Source: Geosiphon pyriformis uo1
Taxonomy: Eukaryota > Fungi > Glomeromycota
Direction of reading: 5' to 3'
Length of the DNA: 13,266 nt
Assembly: GCA_016748015.1 (NCBI GenBank)
Contig: JAAOMT010000534.1
Location: 1-13,266, forward strand
Shown here: piece after piece, positions 1 through 9,944 of the stretch
Position numbering within the stretch: the first letter of the stretch is position 1
Layout: every line of letters begins with the position of its first letter
The notes under the pieces: generated by a model
What the model saw: the letters and a program-made list of their open reading frames with translations, nothing else
Databases searched by the model: none
What the model was told of the DNA's origin: nothing
Program-made: the position numbers and the translations under genes

Positions 1-221
1 CCCTACCCTAACCCTAACCCTAACCCTAACCCTAACCCTAACCCTAACCCTAACCCTAACCCTAACCCTAACCCTAACCCTAACCCTAACCCTAACCCTA
101 ACCCTAACCCTAACCCTAACCCTAACCCTAACCCTAACCCTAACCCTAACCCTAACCCTATCCCTAACCCTATCCCTAACCCTATCCCTAACCCTAACCC
201 TAACCCTAACCCTAACCCTAA
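1..221 (+). repeat. Telomeric repeat (CCCTAA)n / (TTAGGG)n, chromosome left end
   Basis: CCCTA followed by 25 perfect CCCTAA units (6-155), then CCCTAA with sporadic CCCTAT to 221. C-rich strand at the 5' end of the window is the expected orientation for a left telomere. Confidence 0.97.
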
Positions 222-611
222 CCCTATCCCTATCCCTATCCCTATCCCTATCCCTATCCCTATCCCTATCCCTATAAATATCCCTATCTCTATAAATATC
301 CCTATCCCTATAAATATCCCTATCCCTATAAATATCCCTAACCCTATCCCTATAAATATCCCTATCCCTATAAATATTCCTATCCCTATAAATATCTCTA
401 TTCCTATAAATATCCCTATTCCTATAAATATCTCTATCTCTATAAATATCCCTATAAATATCCCTAACCCTAACCCTAATCCTATCCCTAACCCTATAAA
501 TATCCCTATAAATATCCCTATCCCTATAAATATCCCTATCCCTATAAATATCCCTATAAATATCCCTATCCTTATAAATATCTCTATAAATATCCCTATC
601 CCTATAAATAT
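222..611 (+). repeat. Telomere-variant repeat zone: (CCCTAT)9 then CCCTAT/AAATAT mosaic
   Basis: (CCCTAT)9 at 222-275. From 276 to 611 I count 19 AAATAT hexamers among CCCTAT (occasionally CCCTAA, CTCTAT, TCCTAT) units, all in the same 6-nt register as the distal telomere, mostly as 12- or 18-nt higher-order units. Confidence 0.93.
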
Positions 612-1108
612 TCCTTATTTATATTTTTATTCCTATTTCTATTCCTATTTCTATCCCTATTCCTATCCATATTCTTATTCCTATCCCTAACTTTATCTTT
701 ATCCTTATTCTTATCTCTATTCTCATCTCTATTTATGTTCCTATCCTTATTTCTATCTCTATTCTTATCCTTATTCTATTTTTTATCTTTATTTTTATTC
801 CTATTCTTATTCTTATCTTTATTTTTATCTCTATTCTTATTCTTATTTCTATTCTTATTCTTCTCTTTATTCCTAATCCTAATCTTAACCTAATCCTATC
901 TTTATTTCTATCTCTATCTCTATCTCTATCTTTATTCTTATTTCTATTCTTATTTTATCTCTATTCTTATCCTTATTTTTATTCTTATTCTTATTCTTAT
1001 TCCTATTTTTATTTTTATTTCTATCTCTATTTTTATTCTTATTTTTATCTCTATTTCTATTTTTATTCTTATCTCTATCTCTATTCTTATTCTTATTTCT
1101 ATTTTAAT
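612..1108 (+). repeat. Degenerate subtelomeric hexamer array (YYYTAT)n, C->T-eroded CCCTAT
   Basis: Units TCCTAT, TTCTAT, CTCTAT, CCTTAT, TCTTAT, CTTTAT, TTTTAT and rare CCCTAT/TCCTAA. The TAT is largely invariant and almost all changes are C->T in the first three positions. Confidence 0.9.
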
Positions 1109-1109
1109 T

Positions 1110-2045
1110 TAAATATTTATAAAATTCATTTTTCTAAATAGTTTTAATTAAAACAATAAGTTTAATATTAAATAAAACTTTTTTTTATATATAACATAAA
1201 TATTTTATATATTCAAACTTCTTTTTAAAATTAAAATCTAATTTATATACTAATGAAAAATTTAATAAATTTAAAAGTATCTTTAAAACAATATTATTTT
1301 AATGTTTTTATAATTTATTAGTAATAACAAAAAAACCTACAGTTTTTTATTAAACAAAATTTTTATTAATAATAATATTTATTATATTAAAAAAAATATT
1401 ATTATTAATATAAGTTAAAAACTTATACTAATAACTTTATAAGTTAAAAATATTATTTAATACTAATTTTTTTTTATTTAATTTTTTAGCTCCCAATAAT
1501 TTAGCAAACTTAAAAACATTGTTATAATTCAAAAATTTATTTAAAAAATTATAATATAGCATAATAATAATTTTAAAAATATAATAAATAAATTTCTAAA
1601 TACTAACTTATAATAATAGCTAATAATAATTAATAATAGCTGTAAATACCAAATTAAGATATTAAAAAAAATATTACAATATATTTTTTTATAAAACTAC
1701 AAATATATATATATAATAGCTTTAATATTAAAAAAACTAATTTTACTTTAATTTTTACTTTTAAAATAAATATTCACAAAAATTTTTAATCAAAAAATTA
1801 AAAAAATATTGAAAATTAAATTATTATAACCCAAAATATTAAAAAACATATTTGTATTATTTATTAAATAAAATTATTAGTATTTTTAAAATTAAATTTT
1901 TAACAGTCTTTATTTATTTGTAAAAAGAATTTAATTACATATTTAGCAAATTATTCAAATTTACAAAAACAAAAACAGCTTAATGATCAATATTAAATTA
2001 TTTATATTTATTATATGTAACAATTTTTCAACTAAAATTAATTAT
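1110..2045 (-). pseudogene. LINE (non-LTR) ORF2 relic: internally deleted APE endonuclease plus start of RT, 3'-truncated at the telomeric array
   Basis: Minus strand reads *KIVTYN at 2030-2010 (WKIxTCN, APE N-terminal motif) and FNIDH*AVFVFV from 1997 (xDH, APE C-terminal motif). It then reads KTVGFFVITNKL*KH at ~1346-1302 (KAxGxxGI..ELWKH, RT region 0) and KVLFNIKLIVLIKTI*K at ~1182-1131 (N.RPIALIET.RK, RPISL-type motif). Most differences from the expected motifs are G->A/C->T. Confidence 0.75.
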
Positions 2046-3795
2046 TAAAATATTAAAAAAAATTTATTTTAAGTTAAAGTCAAACTATTGAACTTTGTAA
2101 ACAAATTTTTTAATAAAGTTTTTAATTTAATCATATTTAAAAGTACTAAAAAACTTAATTTTATAATAGTTTTATTACTAATAGATATATTTAAATTTTT
2201 TTATATTATTATATTATCGATAAAAAAATTATTAACAGCTAATATTTAGAGTTAAATTAGAAAACTACTAATATAAATATATATAACATTTTAATTAATT
2301 TACCAATTTGTTCTATAAGACTAATATAATTGTTTTCAATTTTGTTAAAATATAAATCCAAATTACTATTAACTATTAAAATAATATAACTTTATTCAAA
2401 AAATTAAATTAAAAAAAAAACACCAAAAAACATTTAAAAAAAGTTTTACCAATAATAGATGCCTAAATTTACTACTAAATAGACAATAAAAACTGATTTT
2501 TTTGCATAAATTTAAGTTAATATAAACTAATCTAAAGTTAAAAAGAAAGTTTTTTTTATTTTTAGTATTAGTTTATTATTAATTAAACTACATTCAAAAA
2601 AAGTATAACCAAATTTATTACAGACTAAATAGAAAACTAAAAACAAATAAAACCAATAAAAAGTAACATTTTTTATTATAAAGATTATAGCTAAATTAAA
2701 ACACACAATTATATATCTAATATAAATATAATTAATTACACAAAATTTTTTACCAATTAAACCAATAAAATTTTAAAGATTATAAATATTTGTTTTTATA
2801 AGAAGTATATAAAACAAAGTTTAAAACTTATTTTAAAAATTCTATAATTGTTTATTAATATTGGCTCTGACTATACAAACTGTATTTTTTATATAAAAAT
2901 AAATTATTTAGATATTAAAAGATCAGTTTAATTTTAAATATCTAATTTAATAATTATTTTTTGTTATAATTTTATTAATTATATTTTGATTAACTTAATA
3001 ATATTAAAATCAGTAAATAAAACTTATATAATTTTTATAGATATTTTTATAAAAATTTTTTTTATAATAATTGTCTAATTTGTATAATTATTTATTAGTT
3101 TTTTGAGATTAATATTTATTATAATATCTCAATTATTTGCCAAATTTGCTATAATTAACATTTTTTTTTAAAAATAAAAAATGTCTAAATTATTTTACCA
3201 AATTTTAAGAAAGTAAAAACTTTTTTAAAATTATTCATATAAAAAAAAATATTTTTAATAATTTTTAATTTGTCTTAAAAAACTTTTTATTAACAGTCAA
3301 CAAATTTATATTTAAAACAAAAAAATTATAAACTAAAATGTTTATTAGTAATTTTAATAAAAAAAAAAAAGAAAAAAAGTTATTCAAAACATTATTGTTA
3401 CTGTTATTATTATTATTGAAATTAATTATATTCAAAAATTTTCTTAATACTTGTTTTATTATAATTTTTTTTAGTATTTTGAAAGTTATATTAACATTTT
3501 TTTTGATAAATTTATTATTATTTTTAAGCTAAAAACTCATTTTTTTAATTAAAATTTTTTTTTTTATGTTTATACTTTTTGTTTTAATGGTGTTTTTAAT
3601 CTTAAAATTAATTGTTTTTCTAAGTATTAAGTTATTTTTAGAAGTACTAATACTAATAATTATAATAAGTTTTTTTAGTATTCTATTTTTACATTTTTTT
3701 TAACTAATAAATTCATAGTAACTAAGCCAAAACCAGACTTTTTTGGTTTTTTTATACTTAAACTGCTATTTATATTAACAGTTCTATATATTAAA
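2042..3795 (-). pseudogene. LINE ORF1 relic (RRM-type region, CCHC zinc knuckle, coiled coil), heavily transition-mutated
   Basis: At 2631-2590 the minus strand reads Y-LV-C-NKFG-Y-TFFE-C, i.e. C-x2-C-x4-H-x4-C with TGT->TAT and CAT->TAT. Upstream: VCIVRANINKQL*NF*NKF*TLFYILLIKTNIYNL*NFIGLIGKKFCVIN (2880-2731), co-linear with the better-preserved ORF1-like protein at 3914-6030. Downstream heptad-like IENNYISLIEQIGKLIKML (2340-2284). Ends at TAA 2044-2042, next to the ORF2 relic. 5' boundary approximate. Confidence 0.75.
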
Positions 3796-3796
3796 G

Positions 3797-3913
3797 TTTA
3801 ACAAGTAAGGCTTAACTACTATCTAATACAATATGATTACATAGGGTCTTAAATTAAATGTGGTTCATGCATTTTTTACATGTAACCAGCTATTTAAACC
3901 AGTTTAGGCTATA
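3797..3913 (-). other. 117-nt LINE-type 3'UTR of the ORF1-only element
   Basis: Starts immediately after the TAG and ends ...CTTACTTGTTAAA. Ungapped alignment to 11897-11781 gives 68/117 identities, 37 transitions and 12 transversions. Confidence 0.85.
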
Positions 3914-6030
3914 CTATGTTGAAGCACTTGAAAAAAACTTACTTAAAGATAAAATTTTTTGAATGACAAAAAACAAAGTAGCACTGCAAAAAACCAATTC
4001 AACCAGTTATTTAGCTATTTTCAAAACATTAGTTTTAACATTAATAGATTCATGTTCTCAAAAAAACATTAAGTTAGAAAACACCTTATTATTCAAACTA
4101 ACTAAGTGCTCTAAATTACCAAACATATCAACATCTTTCATGCAACACTTCTTTTTTAAAGAAACTATTTTTCTTTCCAACTTATTAACAACTTTACTAA
4201 AAAAACTCATATGTATCAAAACTTTATTTACTTTAAAGCCAAATTTATTGTTTAAGACCAAATTTCTATTAATAAATTGTTTAAACAATTTGACCAAAAA
4301 ACCAACTGGTTTAACAATAAACTTAACCAAAGCAGAAAGCTTAACCAAATCAAACTCCAAAGAAGCTAATCAAAAAGACACCAAAAGATTATCAACAACC
4401 AAAAAAAATAAGCGGAAGCTACCAAAGAAAGAAACTCAAAAGAATTCAGAGAAGCAAATGCCTTTGCATAAAAAATACTACTCACAAAATAAGATTTAAA
4501 CGTCTTGAGAGCCTTAAAAAAAGAAGGCAGAGAGACTTTGTAGTTTACAGCCAAATGGTTTACTTCTTAATACCTAATACAGTGCCAACAACCAGAAGTT
4601 TTCTACCAAATATAATATTTTCTCAGCATATCAGTTTTAAATACAACAGTATTCAAATCTATCTGGCAACCAAATGTAATCAGAACAAGCTGAGAATAAT
4701 GACCAAAATAAGGGGAATAAGGAATAAAACATGTCTGATCACCAATTTGAAAAATCAATTCACTAATTTCAAAAACAGTGCAGTCAGAAAGAAGGTTGAC
4801 CAATTTGATCTTAAATCTATCACAAGACAGAATAGTCTTATTTTGATTTACCAAAAAAAAATTCTAATATTATTCTTGGCTATTAAGACTAACCAATAAT
4901 TTAAAGCAGACACAACAAAATCTAATTTCTTAAAATAAACCATTACATATTGTCAAATACTAGTAGGCTTTAGCACAATATAAGTAATCACACTAAAAAC
5001 ACTGAAAGCTGTCTTAATATTAGCAGCAAACATATTCAAAGGCATATTATACAGTACAACAGCAACAAAAAAGGAGCCAGACTCAGAAACTACCAAAGAC
5101 TTGGTAATTTTGAGAGTAGCAAAGTAAACAAAACTTGTAAGCTTGACCAAAAATACAGTATTTAAAGAGTTTTGGGAAACAAACTCCACACAAAAGAGCT
5201 TTATATTGTCTTTTACAACTAATTTTGTATCCAAAAACCATGTACAGACTGAAAAACAGCCTTAATATAAGTCAATTTGATCTTGAAAGTAGCATCAGAC
5301 ACCAAAGTAAAGACCACTCATTCAGTAAATCTTTGATAACTAGTAATAATTTTCCAAGTATCACTAATGGCAGCATCAGAAACCAAAGAAAGAGATGATT
5401 CAGTTTCTATTTGGTCAATCCAGTTCTTAAGAACAAATAACACCACAAAAGATAATTGTTTTATTTCTAAAATCAATGAAAATCTGCTGAAAAACACCAC
5501 ATTTGGCAATACAGTCAGAAGTTAATCTTGGCTTATTTTGGATAACATGTCAAATAAAACAGTAGAGATTTTATCTAAGATTTTAGTTGAAACCACCAAA
5601 AAATTTGGTGTAATAATAGTAGAAATAAGTAATTGTCTCTGCTTTTTTAAACTTTTGGTCTTTTTGACCATTTTTTTTGAAAAAAAAATGCTAGCAGTAC
5701 CTTATATTGAAGCTATAGAAGAGAAGACCAGCTTTTTGACTAGTCTGTTATTAAAAATTTTTGGGCTTTTTGAAGAGGTAGTGACAACATTAGAACTAAT
5801 CCAAGTGTGTCTTTTTGAGGGAACTTTGACTGGTAAAAAACCAGTCAAAGATAAAAAAATTGTTTTAATGACTATTAAAGGCAGCTTTTTATAATTATTA
5901 AATAAAAAAAAACTTCTAAAATGTTTTGCTTAGTTGCTTCTATAACAAAAAGAGCTCCTCTGGTTGAAATTTTATTAGATATCTCAAGAAAAATATTAAG
6001 TGTAGCTTTTTTATTCTTTGTTTTGGTTAT
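3914..6030 (-). pseudogene. ORF1/Gag-like protein (~705 codons; tandem RRM-like domains, CCHC knuckle, coiled coil) of an ORF1-only non-LTR element
   Basis: Track ORFs 5318-5509, 4953-5234, 4603-4854, 4366-4554 and 4058-4360 are pieces of one reading frame, broken by four frameshifts (~5905, ~5310, ~4856, ~4410) and TGG->TGA/TAG, CAA->TAA stops. Presumed start ATA (<-ATG) at 6030 (TKTKNKKATLNIFLEISNKISTRGAL); end KFFSSAST-TAG at 3916-3914. RRM-like segments VVLYNMPLNMFAANIKTAFSVF...YVMVYF and IKLVNLLSDCTVFEISELIFQIG...LVLITF. Knuckle relic C-IR-Y-*EVN-H-LAVN-Y at 4581-4540. Confidence 0.85.
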
Positions 6031-6347
6031 AATTATAAAATTAAGGAGACAAAAAGTTTTTTATATATTTGAACAAAAAAAATTTAAATATATCTAACTA
6101 AATAATAAAAAATAAAAAATATTTTTTAAAAATAATATAATTTTTTAAGAATTTAGAACATAAAAAAGAAAAAAGTTTTTTAATATATAAATTATACAAA
6201 TTAAAATTAGATAAAAAATATTAAAAAAAGCAGTACATAATAATTAGCTAAATTATAATAAACAAATATTAATAACACAAATACTTAAAATTAAAACATA
6301 ATTATTATTAATATTACTAAATAAGATTTCATAAAATTTAATATTGG

Positions 6348-7730
6348 TCAATAGCTTGGGCATAATTGGCTTTAAGTTCAGTTAATTCGAAATTTTTGGC
6401 ATATGTAATTGTGTCTTAAAAAGTATTTGAATGTAATAAGTATATTTGTCACAAAAAACTATTGTATAATCTACAAATAAATTGATTTAAAATCTGTAGT
6501 ATTGTAAAGCAATTAGCTTCAATTGTTTGGATTTAGCACAAATTTTGATAAAAACATCTCAGATACATGATAATTGTTTTAGTATTGCTTTGTTAATAAT
6601 GATAAATCCAGTTAATAACCAATTGATACTGTTATAATTACTGAAATATTATAAAAATGCAGTTTTAAACATGTTAAAACCTTGAAATTTGTTTATAAGA
6701 CTTTAATATCAAATTTACAGTATCTTGCAAAAAATATAAAAGGGCTTGAAAAGCTTTAAAATTGACCTATTTATTGGCTGTGATGGCTTTTTCTATATTG
6801 TTTGGCTATACTTAAGTGTTGTTTTCTTTAATTATAAATTTTTTAAGTTTAACAATTGGTGTGTATATTATTTGTGCAAGTTGTTATTATTGTGGTTATT
6901 GAAGAGTAACAATTCATACTACTAGCAGTTGATTAATTAAAATAATTAAAAATAAGTATTATTAAAAAATAAGAATATAATTTGGATTGTTTGAGTTTTA
7001 TTAAGTTTGGAGTTTAAACTTTTAAATTATTTGAGATTGGGTTTTAATTATTATTTTCCTGATTACTGTTTTTTTTTCTGAATTGGTATTTGTTTAATTA
7101 CTGGTAAATTTGAAATTTAGTTAAAATAGCAATAATTAAAGTTTTAATAAGATTATTGGTTGTAATTTAAATTTTTTTAAAAAATTGCCATAGGCTTCTA
7201 ATAATTTGGTTTTTTTTTGGTTATTTTAGAATAGTACTTATGATAATAATGTTTTTACAATTAATAGTAATGTAAATTCAAATGGTATGTAGATAATACT
7301 TCTTAATATATAATGATAAGATAAATATAATAAAAAAATAACTTTGAGTTTTTTCAAATTAAATAATTGTATTAGTTTAAATGTATTTATTGGTGTTTGT
7401 AATTTGTTTTTGTCTTTATTTATAAATATTATTAGAAATTTTTGCTAAATGTACTTTTCAATTTCACAATTAATTTTGGTAATAACTAAAACAAAATTAT
7501 AATTTAATAATAAGTTAGTATATTAAATAATTTATTATAGAAATTTTTTTTTGCTAATTCAGAATCTGTTTTTTTTCTAAAAAATATACAATTCTCTTAT
7601 TAACATAAAAATTAAAAGCTAATTCAGCTAAAAAATAGTTGTTAATTAATTTTAACTGTTGTTAATATTCTTAAAATAAAGATTTAGTGAATTCCAAATA
7701 GTTTGTTTTTATTATTTCTGATTTTGTCAT
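6348..7730 (-). pseudogene. Ty3/Gypsy-type retrotransposon gag relic (capsid-like), 3'-truncated
   Basis: ATG at 7730 (MTKSEIIKTNYLEFTKSLF), a Q/N/P-rich linker, then YTPIVKLKKFIIKENNT*V*PNNIEKAITANK*VNFKAFQALLYFLQDTV..*Y*SL...IIKQSNTKTIIMYLRCFYQNL...ILNQFICRLYNSFL...F*DTITYAKNFE (~6865-6385). This matches the F.GE.D...W...E / YFL.D.A..WY / Q..E.V..Y..RF / FI.GL / L..A...A..E pattern of retrotransposon gag. Similarity stops after AQAI at ~6348. Confidence 0.8.
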
Positions 7731-8819
7731 TTTTCTGAATAGTTACTATTAGTATTGGTTTTTTGTTAAATTATATCTTATAAGAAGCACCAAATATTGT
7801 AGTGTTATTAATGGTTTTTGTTGGTATTAGAAAACATTTCTTAGCTCAACTGGTAATACATATTATTATATTTATGCTACTAATTATAGTATATCATAGG
7901 TGTATGAACTATTTCAGTAAGTAAGAAAGCAAAAAAGATACATGATAAAATTATTAAAAATGAGAAAAAGTATTGTTATTATTATTTGTTTTTGGACAAG
8001 AAGCAATCTTAGTTATTTAAAAGTGAAAAAAAAAGGCACATCTTTTTTATATATATTAGAAACACAACCAACAATGAAAGTAAAACCAACTACTCTAAAA
8101 AATACATAACCAAAATTTTTTCAATTAATCATTAAAAGAGTGTAGTATTTAAATGCCCACTTTGAAAATAAAGTTATAGGAATTATAAAAAGATTATAAA
8201 AGTAAAACATTACTGAAATAGATTTTGATTAACCTTTTTATTGTTGAAACTATTCTCTAACAATGTAATATTTTATTATTTATTTTTATATTTAACAACT
8301 TGTTCAATAAAACAAGACTTAATGTGAAATAGTGATAATACATGATTTAAAAAATTGGAAATAATAGAACAATTTGAAATGGTAATAACAAGTAAGTAAA
8401 AGATTATAAACAACATGATTCCAAATAGTAATATGGAAAAACATACTTGAAATTATAATAACAAATATTTAGAGCATAGAAAAAAAAAAGAAAAAAGTAA
8501 AAGATAGAAGAAAAAACTAATTACTCATTATAAAATTATAGTAAAAAGTTGGCTTAGTATTGAACTAATATTTTTCTGAGCTGACAAAAAAACTGTATAT
8601 ATAGTTAAATTACATTAGATCTACATATTATATTAAAACTATTTAAGATACATCAATTATTTATATATTTTAATTTAATTAATTCATAATAAGCTTTATT
8701 CAGCATGTTATTTTCTTAGAGTTAATAATTTTTAGATAATCAGATTTAGATGGCTAGATCTAAAACATTAATTGTAAATCAATAATACCAATTATTATTA
8801 TAATTAACATAATCAAAAG

Positions 8820-9420
8820 TAGATCAATTAATTACATTTTTTGGTAACTACTTTTAACTATTGATTGTGGATCTGGAATGTTAGATTGTTTTAAATAAAG
8901 GCATATGAGAATTTTTGGAGCATAACAAAGTCTGTTGTTATCTGATTACATGTATTAATTATTTATTTTCATTGGTGTTTCTTAGTTTGTCAATATTTTT
9001 TTGTATCCAACTTAGTTAAACTGTTAGATTATGCCATATTTCTTTGTTGTAATTAGATTGATTGCTAATTATTTATTTTCAGATTGCTGGCTAATTTTGT
9101 TGATTAAATGCAATAATATAAGTCTTTTTTGCATGATTTTAATGTTAATTTTCATTGTATGTATTGTAATTTTTGCATTAAAAAGTGTGAAAATTTTCTA
9201 ATAACAGCAGGTAATTATTTAAAGTATTAAAACAAATTACAAATTCATAATTTAATGCTCAATAGCTATTAATGATGATGATTTTTAAAGATTTTAAAGT
9301 CTAAAGGTTTTGATTGAGTTTTTTATATAATAGATAAAGATTCAATTAATAGTTTTTTTCTATAAATTTTTTTTTTAGTATAGTGACTGGTTTATTTTGG
9401 CAGTTGTATTTTTTTAATAA
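8820..9420 (-). pseudogene. Decayed coding relic, possibly a retropepsin-like region of an LTR element
   Basis: Semi-continuous minus-strand reading (LLKKYNCQNKPVTI...YEFVICFNTLNNYLLLLENFHTF / NAKITIHTMKINI... / TTDFVMLQKFSYAFI*NNL). The DF-V......A-F-I-(G)-N segment resembles the C-terminal IG.D motif of aspartic proteases, but no clear DT/SG is recoverable. Confidence 0.3.
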
Positions 9421-9475
9421 ACTATTTTTAAGTTTTTTATTAAACTATTCTTAATATTAATTAATTAGTAAACAA

Positions 9476-9523
9476 TAAAAAAAATTAAAAAAATTAAAAA
9501 AAATTAAAAAAAATAAAAAATTA
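9476..9523 (+). repeat. Short A-rich tandem repeat (TTA7-8)n
   Basis: About five A6-A8 runs separated by T or TT. Confidence 0.6.
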
Positions 9524-9944
9524 ATATCTATTAATAACTATAATCAGAACTATTAATTTAATATAGTTAACTATTAGATTTTATTAACATAAATTGTTGA
9601 TAGTATAAAAGTAATTAATATTTTTTTAATCAAACAATAACAATATAAATTGAATAATAATAGATATTTTTATTAATATAAATATAATTCTACTTCAAAT
9701 TATAAAAAACTGTTTTTTGAAGAAAAAAATATTTAATAATTACTTATTACAACTACTGTTCTTGTTAACTGTTCTAAATATTCTGCTTCTAATACTTTTA
9801 TTATATATACATAATTTGTGTTATACAAGATTTTTTGAAATTTTAAAATCTTGCAATTTTTTAAGAAGAATTTTGAAATTTTTTTTTACTACACTTCTTT
9901 CTAATTGACTATTTTTTACTTAATATGATTCTATTTTTATAAGT

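Noticed and set aside
276-1108. CRISPR-like or coding repeat array
   Set aside because: Pure hexamer periodicity continuous with the telomere, no unique spacers, no ORF.
3338-3532. 64-aa hydrophobic ORF resembling a membrane or signal peptide (also 9717-9908)
   Set aside because: Poly-K/L/F/I content is what near-pure A/T DNA encodes by chance. The first lies antisense to the LINE ORF1 relic.
3963-5894. Plus-strand ORFs 3963-4499, 4555-4899 and 5538-5894 as genes
   Set aside because: They are antisense shadows of the minus-strand ORF1-like pseudogene, with K/T/N/L-biased composition and no motifs.
3797-6030. HeT-A-like telomere-maintaining role for the ORF1-only element
   Set aside because: Canonical TTAGGG repeats cap the end, the element is ~2.7 kb inside the repeat array boundary, and its polarity is opposite to HeT-A.
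8555-8767. Possible ~200-bp LTR on the minus strand (TGTTTTAG...AAAAATA) followed by a PBS-like TAGTTCAATAC upstream of gag
   Set aside because: No second LTR copy in the window, no clear polypurine tract and no tRNA match I can name. It needs several assumed reversions.
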